A stretch of 64,000 nucleotides of DNA. Source: Tubulanus polymorphus. Taxonomy: Eukaryota; Animalia; Nemertea. Shown piece after piece: positions 1 through 11,600 of this stretch. The notes beneath the pieces were generated by a model that ran no database searches, was not told where the DNA came from, and saw only the letters and a list, made by a program, of their open reading frames with translations. The position numbers and the translations under genes are program-made. The stretch's first letter is position 1. Every line of letters begins with the position of its first letter. The stretch lies in NCBI RefSeq assembly GCF_964204645.1, contig NC_134026.1, forward strand, positions 11,431,950 to 11,495,949, in the 5' to 3' direction.

Positions 1-710
1 TTTATCTTAGTAAATACACGGTTAATTCGGAAAAAAAAAGGTATTGTTAAACTCCTCGAAACCCGCAGCCAAATCACTGGTAGTAATAAATTAATTTGTA
101 CTCGATTTGATTCTCATGATGAGGAGAAACTCGCAGCTGATCCCCGGATCGACGATGTACTAACACACGTCGATTCGTCGATGTTTACGGCTCGACAGTG
201 CTTTTAAAATCTAAAGTAGTAAATTTCCAGTGTATCGGTAATATGATCTGATGAGGAAAATGGGCTATTGTTAAAATCACTGTTTGAAGACCGCGACTGA
301 ATGTGAAGTCTGCGGCAATAAATTAGTTCATTTATACTTGAATTGATAATCGAAGTGACAGTCGGCCTGCGGGTTGATTTCGGGATGACGACTCGAAAAA
401 CATGTCGCCGCATTGAATGGGGCTAAATTTTCGATGTTTACGGCCCGACAGCGCTTTTGTAACGATGATTCGTGAAAAAACACGCGGGCTATTTGTAGAT
501 CTCAGTAAGCTGAACGATATTATATGGATTGTATATGAAACAGCGGTAAGGTAACAGAGCCTATGTTCTTTTGGTAAAAATAGTGTGGAAGAAAATAATA
601 ATAATAATAATCACGCGGATATCAATAGGGTTTTCTGTGAAATAACAGAAAACCCTAATATTCACGCGGATATCAATAGGGTTTTCTGTGAACAAACAAA
701 AAACCCTAAT
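1..710 (-). mobile_element. Helentron-like non-autonomous element (HINE-type), 5' part, cut by the window edge
   Basis: Near-identical reverse complement of 18647-19313; carries the agggttttctg..cagaaaaccct palindromic head (twice) and an (aat)n tract. Confidence 0.7.
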
Positions 711-1620
711 TAATTCAATGTTGGTAATTTAAATCCACGGTATGTCCCTGTTTCATCAGGATAGGTTTCTCGAATTATTTTGACCACACACGAAGGAAGA
801 GGAACTCTTTTCTTTTTGCCAAGGATTCCATAGCACCATTGTATAAAGCGACGATAACCTGTGTATCTGTACTTCCTGTAAATATTTCCAAAAATGGCGA
901 AAATTAATTCATAGTTCCATGTTGTTTAACTAATGAAACTGAACATTTGAGCGAAAAATTGTTACAAAATATATGTGATCACATTAATTGAATAATAATA
1001 TATGAAGCCTATATCTATTAAGACATAATCTATGCTTTTACTTACGCTATATTTGGCATGTGTGTCGATGTAGCCATCTGCTTTTAGGTACTGATACCCC
1101 ATTTCAAGCGACCAAGGGTCCAAGCATACAGAGTGGAACCCAGGATGCGCAAATATGCATCTTATATCGCTTCCACCCTCTTCTGCGGCAAACTGTTCCA
1201 TTTTTCCAAGCACTGGGTTTTTTCTTGGCAGCAAAAACTCTCCTCAATCGTTTCCATAGGAATGCAGTTCTGACACTGAAACCTAGAGATAGAGAACTAA
1301 TAACATGTACAGAGCCATTAAATTTCAATTAGGCCTACTGGTAATTGAGAGCAGAAATATATCAATCTGATGTAGCCCTTACCAATCATTATTCCCTATC
1401 CTCTGAATTTCCTCCACACACTCCATAGCACCAATGTTATCTTCTGTCTGTTCTTTGCGAAGTGATTCAAGGTTGAGAATTAGTCCTACTGGCTCATTAT
1501 CACTTCCGAGGTCATCATCACTCCCTGAATCTGGTGATTACAAACAATTTAAAATAAATAAATCAGATATAGTCATATAGCTCCATTTCGGTTTGAACTA
1601 CATGATTGCTCGTATGGTTG
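710..1620 (-). pseudogene. KolX (Kolobok accessory protein; P2X7 ballast/nanor-like Cys-rich domain), spliced and frameshifted
   Basis: Exons read RIGNNDW|FQCQNCIPMETIEESFCCQE, then (frameshift) CIFAHPGFHSVCLDPWSL, then KYRYTGYRRFIQWCYGILGKKKRVPLPSCVVKIIRETYP. These are hallmark KolX/P2X7 C-terminal motifs. Confidence 0.8.
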
Positions 1621-2129
1621 AGTGAGTAAAGTTTGTTTACTTCAGTGGTAGCCTCGAAAGCAAGCAGTTAAACTTTTCGCTGTATCTACCGTACTGAACC
1701 CGGAAGTAAAATCAGCAAGTGAGCTTGCCGACAGAGGGAAGATAAATTAAAATCGCAGCATTATAACGACTCAGTTTGACTCTTGAGCGAGAGGGAACAT
1801 GCTTCACAATAAAGGATATTAGAATACGTAAAAATACCTGCACCAGATGATGTATCGGCAGCAGAATCAGACTCTAAATGCAAGTAGTCACTGTCGCTTA
1901 ACGCATTGCTGGGTACTGCCATATTGTTTATATCAACCTCTGATGTCATCAGGTCACGTGGTCCATTCGCGCATTTTCAGTACTGTACATTGATTTTAGG
2001 CAATTTTATACGCGATAATTATAACTTTATAGATTTTTTTTGAATAAAAACACGGACACATTCAACTACTAAAATGTATTTATTTTCAATCTCCAAGACA
2101 TGTTAACCCAAATTCCAGAACTACTTTAA
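710..2129. mobile_element. Kolobok DNA transposon remnant (KolX-side end)
   Basis: KolX gene plus candidate terminus ...CCAGAACTACT|TTAA at 2115-2129. RR..YY ends at TTAA are typical of Kolobok. Confidence 0.55.
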
Positions 2130-2591
2130 GGTTAAAATTGACCAAAATTTTTGCGTTTTTATCAACAAAAAAATAACATTTAGAGTAATTTTAGAGAGAC
2201 ATATTGAATTTTCACATTTCATTAATTTAGTCCGTATTGGACCCAGAAATCATCTCAGATAGTATACCATGTAAGATGGTGAGTTGAGTACTGAAAGGGT
2301 TAAACCAGATATCAAAACATTACATATGAGCATCTTGAAAAACTACCCAAAACAACTTAGTCTTAGTTGGAAATGAAGGGAGGAATGTTTAATGAAAAGT
2401 GAATGCAATGGGTTGAAAAAATTGATAAGAAAATAGATGGTTTACATGATTTATTTTCTGAAATTAAGGAAACATTATTGTGGCGGTTTTAAAAATTCCT
2501 GCTCAGGTGATTTGTGACATAAGAGGTCACAGTCATTGATAGTGAATAGTCCTAATTCATTGACTGTCATCCATTCATTGAGACAGGAATT

Positions 2592-2658
2592 TCAACTGTC
2601 CATCAAACAAGAAATTAAAGCACTGGTCACCAATACGCCTGAGGTGATAGCCCCAATT
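2592..2658 (-). CDS. PNLDC1: PNLDC1-like terminal coding exon encoding a hydrophobic tail anchor
   Basis: Strong acceptor (ctttctttttcag|); phase matches the donor at 9197; reads KIGAITSGVLVTSALISCLMDS-TGA; a minus-strand AATAAA lies at about 2450-2455. Confidence 0.75.
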
Positions 2659-5600
2659 CTGAAAAAGAAAGGAATCATTTCAATCTTCCCTCGACCTGAT
2701 TAAGATTTTAGGGTTGCAGTTTATAGGGTTAGGGGTTAGAGTTCTGGGTTTTAGGGTTTGAGTAAAGAGAAATGCTGCACTTGGTGTTGGGCTAAAAGCC
2801 GGTGTTGTCATAACGCGGAACAACGGAATCGCGGAAATTCCCAAAAACACGGAATTTCTTCATTTTCACTATAAATAGTAACCGGGTTTTCTCGTGCTGA
2901 TTCCCACTGTCGGACAAGGTACCGGACCAATCGATGCACTGAGTTAGGTTCGAATCCCTTTATTTGCCGGCTATTTCATCAGAAATCATTTCATGATACA
3001 GTTGACTGGCTGCCACCTGTGAGCCATTCAATGTGATTTAGAAAATGAATTCAAAAGAAATGAATCCTAATGAAAAAATTCATTGTTATTGCGGAGGTAA
3101 ATATCCAAAATCACATAAATCAAAGCATTATCAAACAATTAAACATAAAAACTGGCGTAAAGAGTAACAATTCTACATTAAAAATAAATTAAATAGTCAA
3201 ATAATTATTGAATTAAGTAAAATTATTTAAATATCTAATAGACTGTTAAAATGATAAATTGTCAGACTGTTAAATAATAAATTGTTAGACCGTTTAAATG
3301 ATAAATTGTTAGAATGTTAAAATGTTAAATTGTTAGACTGTTAAAATGCTAAATTGTTTGACTGTTGAAATCATAAATTGTTTGATAGTTGAAATGTTAA
3401 ATTGTTTGACTGTTGAAATGTTAAATTGTTAGACTGTTGAAATATTAAATTGTTAGACTGTTGAAATGTTAAATTGTTAGACTGTTAAAATGATCAATTG
3501 TTTGACTGTTGAAATGTTTAATTGTTAGACTGTTAAAACGTTAAATTGTTAGACTGTTAAAATGTTAGACTGTTAAAATGTTAAATTGTTCGACTGTTAA
3601 AATGATAAATTGTTCGACAGTTAAATGTTAAATTGTTTGACTGTTGAAATGTTAAATTGTTAGACTGTTAAAATGTTAAATTGTTAGACTGTTAAAATGA
3701 TAAATTGTTTGACGGTTGAAATGTTAAATTGTTAGACTGTTAAAATGTTAAATTGTTTGACTGTTGAAATGTTAAATTTTTAGACTGTTAAAATGTTAAA
3801 TTGTTAGACTGTTAAAATGTTAAGTTGTTAGACTGCTGAAATGATAAATTGTTTGACAGTTGAAATGTTAAATTTTTAGACTGTTAAAATGTTAGACTGT
3901 TAAAATGATAAATTGTTTGACAGTTGAAATGTTAAATTGTTAGACTGTTAAAATGATAAATTGTTTGATAGTTGAAATGATAAATAGTTAGACTGTTAAA
4001 ATGTTAAATTGTTAGACTGTTAAAATGATAAATTGTTTGACAGTTGAAATGTTAAATTGCTAGACTGTTAAAATGATAAATTGTTTGACAGTTGAAATGT
4101 TAAATTGATTGACAGTTGAAATGATAAATTGTTTGACTGTTGAAATGTTAAATTGTTAGACCGTTGAAATGTTAAATTGTTAGACTGTTAAAATTTTAAA
4201 TTGTTAGACTGTTAAAATGTTAAATTGTTCGACTGTTGAAATGTTAAATTGTTAGACTGTTAAATTGTTAGACTATTAAAATGTTAAATTGTTCGACAGT
4301 TAAAATGATAAATTGTTTGACTGTTGAAATGTTAAATTGTTAGACTGTTAAATGTTAAATTGTTTGACTGTTGAAATGTTAAATTGTTAGACTGTTAAAA
4401 TAGAATTTAACTAGAATTGAATAAAAATACACTAAATTAACAGGCCAGTTAATTTAGTGTATTTTTATTCAATTCTAGTTAAATTCTAGTTGAAGATAGT
4501 TGCAACTAACTTTAATTACAATTCAACTAAAATATAACTAAAGATGCATTAGATTAACAAAATTGTATATTTTAGTTTAATTTTAGTTTAGTTCAAATTA
4601 TTTCAATTTTACACAATAAATGAGATTTTCTTAAAATTCTTTACTTTGATTTTTCATTTAATCATTCTAATTTATGCCTGAATTTATGATTTCTAAATCC
4701 TTTTTCCGTCTTGTAATTTTTACTACAAATTTCACATCTTTTAATATTATTCATTCTATCTGAAATCTAATTGATATTATTTTTCAATTCAATATATTTT
4801 ATTTTACAATCATCATAAAAATGAAACAATTGTTTCAAACTATAAACTGAAAATGAAAGTTCCCCTGAAATCATCATAATTAATTTCATTTTCTCTTGAT
4901 TTCTGTAAATAAGATTTAACAAATTTAATATATTTTCACTCATTTAATTAGAAAAAGATTTTATTAGATTAATTCACTATTTAATCTGATTCAACAACTT
5001 TCTTGTGATTATTACCGTTTTTATGATTATTTCTATTTTTAGTATTTAACTTCTTTAATTTCTTGCTCAATTTCATATTTTCATTCATCAAATCCTTACT
5101 AATATTCTCATAGTATAAATAAAGCGCAGCCAATATTAATCCTCCTGCTACAAGATAATGTTTCAAATCACTTTTTCCAGTTGGAATGAAACCATCCATT
5201 TATTTAAGAAAGAAATTAGAAAATTAATAAATATTTGCTAGTTTTTAATTAAATACTTTATGATCATTTTTAAAATATTAAACTTTTAAATGATTAAATC
5301 AAATAACAATTAAATTTACAGCAGAACAATTTAACATTTCAACAGTCTAACAATTTAACATTTCAACAGTCGAACAATTTAACATTTTAACAGTCTAACA
5401 ATTTATCATTTTAACAGTCTAACAATTTAACATTTTAACAGTCCAACAATTTAACATTTTAACAGTCAAACAATTTAACATTTCAACTGTCAAACAATTT
5501 ATCATTTCAACAGTCAAACAATTTAACATTTTAACAGTCTAACAATTTAACATTTTAACATTCTAACAATTTATCATTTAAACAGTCTAACAATTTATTA

Positions 5601-8600
5601 TTTAACAGTCTGACAATTTAGCATTTTAACAGTCTATTAGATATTTAAATCATTTAACTTAATTCAATAATTATTTGACTATTTAATTTATTTTTAATGT
5701 AGAATTGTTACTCTTTACGTCAGTTTTTATGTTTAATTGTTTGATAATGCTTTGATATATGTGATTTTGAATATTTACCTCCGCAATAACAATGAATTTT
5801 TTCATTAGGATTAAATCTTTTGAATTCATTTTCTAAATCACATGGAATTGCAATATCTTTAAAAGATTTACTATTTTCTAAATCACACTGAATTGCAATA
5901 TCTTTAAAAGAATTATTGTTTTCTAAATCACATTGAATTTCAATATTTGATGTATTTTCATTATAAATAATTTGTTTATTATCAAAATTACAATAATATA
6001 ATTGTCGTTTTTCAATTCTTAAGTCTATCCTATCATTACCTTTTGAAAGTATTATATCACTTTCTCTTTCATTAAAAGGAAATTTAAGAATATTTATTAT
6101 GTTTTCATCTAAATTACCTTTATAATTTAAAACTGTATTAAATATTTTAGGATTTTTGGCACCATTATCTAAAGTATCTATTAGTTCAGTAATTAAATAT
6201 GTTTCATTTAATAATATCTGATTAATAACAGTAATATTATCAATTTTATATTGCCTTCCATACGCTAAATTTTTTGCTGAGATACAATTTTTAATGTTAA
6301 ATAGTGAAAATAATTCATTAAATTCATTTATTTCAATTTTAAATTCCATTTCTTCTTTCATTTATGTAGCAAAATTATTACTCACACTTTACTCACACTT
6401 TTAATATTGAAAATCTAACTTATTTTACTCACACTTTACTCACACTTTTAACATTGAAAATCTAAATTATTTTACTCACACTTTAAATATTGAAAATCTA
6501 AATTATTTTACTCACACTTTTAATATTTGACAATTTTATCATTTTATTAGCGCTTTTATATTAAAAAGTTTGTTTATTTTTGGAAAAAAGCAAAAAATTT
6601 TTTAATTTTTCTAAACTTATTTTTATTTCTTAATTTGCTGATACTTTCTCTCCATATTTAGTTTTTATCTTTTCTAATTTCAATATTTTATGTTCAATTT
6701 CTTTTGTAACGTCGGCTAACTTTTTTATTTCAAATTGTTTTTTTGCTGGTTTTATTCTGTTATTTATTGTTGCTAAGAATGCTTTTCTATCTCCAATTTA
6801 TTAGGGGAAAAAATTATTTGTGGTGATGAGGGGTGTCTCGACCTCACGACCTCTGGTATGAAAGCCCACTTTCCCAATTACTCACGATGCCTACTTATTT
6901 ATTTTCTATCCATTTGGATTCCTTCACTCAATACAGTACAGCGAAACTCTGCATCACAGATTAAGTTATTGACTGGCAATATCATGAATTATCACATACT
7001 GGTACCCGGTATTGAAACCTTCTTGGGTCCGATGTCTTGTCCGGTTACTATGTATAGTAAAAATGAAGAGATTCCGTGTTTTTTGAAAAATTCTGCAATC
7101 TATTGTTCCGCCATATGACAACACTGGCTAAAAGCCCGATTTTCGCTCCTCCCATTACCATACTAAATGTTATGAAGCTAGGTGGTCGTAAAAAACATCA
7201 GACGTATGTGTGGTTTTAAAAATAATGTGTTACCGAAGTTTTATAATTAATTATTCAATAACTATAATTGATATCAGTAAAGAAACACATCTTAAACCTC
7301 TTAAAGCTTCGGTAATTTTCTGAGACACCTCTATAATTACACAGAATTTCATGTTGAGAAGATTTGTAGAGGAACGGCGTTAACTGGGTGTAGAATATAA
7401 ACAATGCATCTTCATCCGTCAAGGGATTCGAACCTACTAAGATAAAGTCGTTCCCCGAACCCCTTGACCTCACGAGTCGTTGGAGTCGTTACTAGCCAAC
7501 CATAATCCGTTTGCACCAATCGCAGGGCTTGTAACAAACAACGTTATGCTTCAGTTGGAATTCCCGTTAAATGGATCAATCAGCGAACGTTTTACCGAAC
7601 AAGGAAGTGCTGCTCAAATCGGTCAATGACGTCATGCGCAACAGCGCCAGTAATGAAATCACATGTCGTGAGGCCAGGGGGCTGGTGGAGGTGAGTTCGG
7701 GGAGCGATACCAGACTCCTGGCAAGCGAGGATGATACAATGAGACGAGTAGTATTACAATATTACGCTACTAATGTATAGTAGCTTCATCAGGTGAATGA
7801 TGAAGGTGTTACACATTAGTAGCAATAGCTTGTGCATCAATGAAATAGGTTACCTATATAGTACTACATGTCTCGTTGTATTTAATGGCAATATTTGAGG
7901 GTGCATTCAGGGCTTTCAAAATGATTTGAAATACCAGTTGCGGACAAAGAAATGGCAGTTGCAAAATTTTCCGTTACCACTGACACAGTGCTTGTTTTCA
8001 CAGAAATATTTAGTTATCTAATATTTAGTTAGCCTGAGGTAACGAAAGCTCATTTATTGAAATTTCATGGGCATGATTAAATCAGATCTCTATCTAAAGA
8101 AGCACATACTAGTGATAAAAGCAAGGAATCGGGAATAGTATATACATCAAATTGCATATTTTCATCTTTAGAAATATCAAATTAATTGATTTGCTAGTGT
8201 AAGTGACTGCAGTAGTGACTGTTGATTGGTTAAGCAGCCAGCTTAAGAACATATTTATGCTATTAGGCTACCCAAACTGTCTCTTCGAGTGTCTCTGTGA
8301 GTTCACCGAACAAAGTTTTCACCTTGTTCACATGTGAAATATGTCAAATAGTCTAGATAACAAGATCTGGAGCATCAACGATGAGTTCAAAATTGAAATA
8401 ATTCATCGAATATAGACTACTCCTGTAACACCGGCAGTCGCTAGGATGATTGGCAGTTGTTTGGAAGGCAGCCAATTTTGTGGAAACTTAAATAGGCATA
8501 GGCACATAGGCATACATAATTCCCTTCATTTATAATCAGAATGAGGCAGCTGTGATTTGACTCAACTATGTCCCAAAGGGGATCACAGACACCTAGGGAT

Positions 8601-11600
8601 TCCGCGAAATCCGTGCTATAATTCGACGTTGATTCAAGATGATGACTCCACATGATGGCACCACCATACGTTAGTCAATGCTATACGTCAAGTCATGCCA
8701 GACAGCATACCAGCTGTGTATCAGAACAATGTAATATCTAAGTTTTCTATAATTACATTCATTTCAAATTTGCATGGCGCAGCTGCGCAGTACAGCCATA
8801 ATCGCTTCTCTTTACCATTTCCCACAGAGGGATTTGAGCTTCCTTGAGATTCCCCTGAATCTGCACCGCCTGAGGCCTATAGCATATTCCTAGTCAGAGT
8901 AGGGTTTGCTGACTGATGATATTATGATGACACTCCTACTTTACATCTACTCAAAGAGACTGACTACTTGTTCGAGGTGGTGTTTCAACATCAAAACCAC
9001 TTAAATCTCCAAAACTGAATAACCTTCATAAAATTATCGATCAACCAGGTCATCATAATTCAAGACGAGTTATCACCTTCCACGCTACCCTGATTCAATT
9101 ACGCTACCCTGATTCAATTATGATTTCATATCTGAATTTCTTTTTTCCAAAGGTCTAACAGAACATGTGCATCTATTTGACTACATGCTTACGTACTTCA
9201 GTAGACCTCTGATGTATACACAGTGTATCCATTTGTTGTACTTAGATATCTTCATCCAGTCATGAGACGTGAACGCTCTTAAAATATCCTTGGAACTGAA
9301 AAACAAACAAATTCCTGAGAGGACAATCAAAATCCATTAAACATACATTAATACATTAAATTACATGGTCCATTCTTCAACATACCATCTTAGATTACTG
9401 GCAGCAACAAAACCTTCATAATCTCCTTTTAGGCGAATGTCCACCGTTCCATAACTCGACAATAATCCAGCCAGCTATGATTTAAAAATGAACTTATGTA
9501 ACAAAAGGCTTTTTACAATGTGATGTTTTAATTCTATACAAATGTACTTGTAAAGATTACTTTTTTTGAGATAAAGGATATAGAATGATATATGATTTTT
9601 ACGTCTACACCATGGGTGATCGTAAGCTAAACCGATCATTTGATAATATGTGATCATTTCGAGCTCAGTTCAGCATAGATAATCTTCAAAACTAAGAATA
9701 ATTGAGAGAATAGTAGGATAACCACATTTAAGTGTGGTGAACGATGTTGTAATTGGAAAAAGGAAGGCCACAATAAGAATTACCTCTTTACTACATAGCT
9801 TCTTCTGTGACGTTTTACTTTTTATATACAGCCATTCCGGTCTGATTGATATAGGGTCTTGTTGAGACAATGCCTGAGGTAAGAATGTAGATAAATAGTC
9901 TGCAAAATTTTTTAAAGGTTGGTAGAGTATGAATGTTTGAAAAGTCTGACTTGCGTACAATTGAATTAACAGCAGCCCGTATCACATTGATTTTGTTACA
10001 AAATGGTTTCATTCTACTCAGATATTTCTTGAACGGAACTGGTTCAGCTTGTGATGATCTATAAATAAAAATGTTTCCATTTACCATGTAGCATGTACCT
10101 TGCTTGATTTAGTATATCATGATTCAGTAGCTAGCATCGGCTCAAAGGGATCTTACCCTGATGGCACCACAACAATGTGAAATGTGCTGACCTATCTAAT
10201 AATACAATTTGAATTTGCAACTTCCACATTTTGAAGTTAACAATGGAAATTTGCATGTATCTTGACGTCCCATATGAATAAGTACCCTCTGGGTACATCG
10301 AACCATACAAGTTATTGGATCGATCGTATGAAAGATGCCTGTCTAATGACCTCATCTTCAACCAGAATGTGTTTGTCTTTGGATGACCTAACTAATGAAC
10401 AAAGCATCGAATTTTGACAAGATCTTACACACAGAGCGTCTACACAGCATTGTAGTGTATAAATCGGTGATGGACTTCGCCGGTGCATCAAACTGCAATG
10501 TATTGATGTAATTCGTAAACATTTTTATCCCTTATGAAAGATGGCAGCACCTGTCAAACACAGATAGATATAAGTAACTAATGATACACCAGCCGCGGTG
10601 TAGACACATAACACCTGATGCCTGTTAATTGATGCACCGGACTGGAATTTTTTTAACATGACCAAATCATATCCAGCACTTTAGGGTATTAATTAGTCAG
10701 CGCCAAAAGGGCTTACATGTTTATTTTGGACAGTTTAAGATGCTGCATAAAAAACATGCTAAAATTAATGTAATTTTTGACCTTTTTCTGTAAAATTCTC
10801 AAAAATATGATACCCACTGCTTTCAAATTTGTGCACCATAAATAGAAAACAAATTCCGAAATATATGCCTGGTTAATCTGCCCCATTCGCCCATTAATAG
10901 TGAAGTTACAGGCTACTGAAATTGTGTTTAAATGTGCTAAAATAGATTTGATTGTAGTATAACCGCTGACAAAGATCCGCTATCACAACCTAAAAAATGG
11001 GTGAATTGTCTACATTGGAATCATTTCTAGAAAATAAATATTCACACATAATATAAGATTTAAATTTGCACACATGAATAGAGGATGGTGCATTTGAAAC
11101 TCGTCGCGAAAAAAATTCTTGATGGACCAAACCAACTAGAAAGTCATGATTTTCTAATGAAGGGGTTTGGAAAAAAGAATGGTACGAAGGCTTTCCAGCC
11201 AAATTCGTTTGAAAATTGACAATGGCTTCATTACGACGAGAACAAAGGCATGACCTTTCGTTATTACTGTGCTAAAGGTATCGAAAGCAAAAAAGTTGTG
11301 CTTTATGAAAATAAAAAGTCAAATGTATCAATTGTATAGTTATTAGTCTATATCTAAATAAAGGCATCTATCTGCTCCTATGGTCACTACTCCATTTTAC
11401 TTCATGCTATGGGACTGTTCTTCAACATGTGTAGGAACTAGTGCATTTCGTGTGTTTTGTTGTTACATTCTTGGCATGGCGAACAGGGAGGTAAAATTTG
11501 GGACAAACACGTTAAGAGGCACCTCGAATGCGTATGGGAATGGTAGAAGACACTGGCATTGGCTGTACAGGAAATAACTGGATGAATATTATGATAGATA

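Larger units (their letters stand above)
2800..7126. mobile_element. Non-autonomous TIR DNA transposon with 9-bp TSD carrying virus-like cargo
   Basis: About 85-bp imperfect TIRs (cggtgttgtcata...tagtaaccgg at 2800-2885; ccggttacta...tatgacaacactg at 7041-7126), flanked by the direct repeat gctaaaagc (2791-2799, 7127-7135). No transposase inside. Confidence 0.8.

Noticed and set aside
204-413. 69-aa ORF duplicated at 18893-19102
   Set aside because: Lies within a dispersed non-autonomous repeat; no recognisable motifs.
2705-2760. Telomere-like ttaggg runs
   Set aside because: Only a few degenerate units; not an interstitial telomere array.
2935-2965. tRNA B-box-like ggttcgaatccc (similar motifs near 7425 and 50655)
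   Set aside because: No A box or cloverleaf could be built; at most SINE debris.
3237-4400. Possible CRISPR array
   Set aside because: Head-to-tail 24-bp units without spacers.
9650-10500. Possible CACTA/EnSpm transposase relic (DAPAKS-like motif on -)
   Set aside because: 9784-10058 is better explained as PNLDC1 exons; the remaining similarity is too weak to call.
11473-11567. Candidate extra PNLDC1 exon with ag/gt borders
   Set aside because: Does not fix the phase mismatch and has no recognisable similarity.
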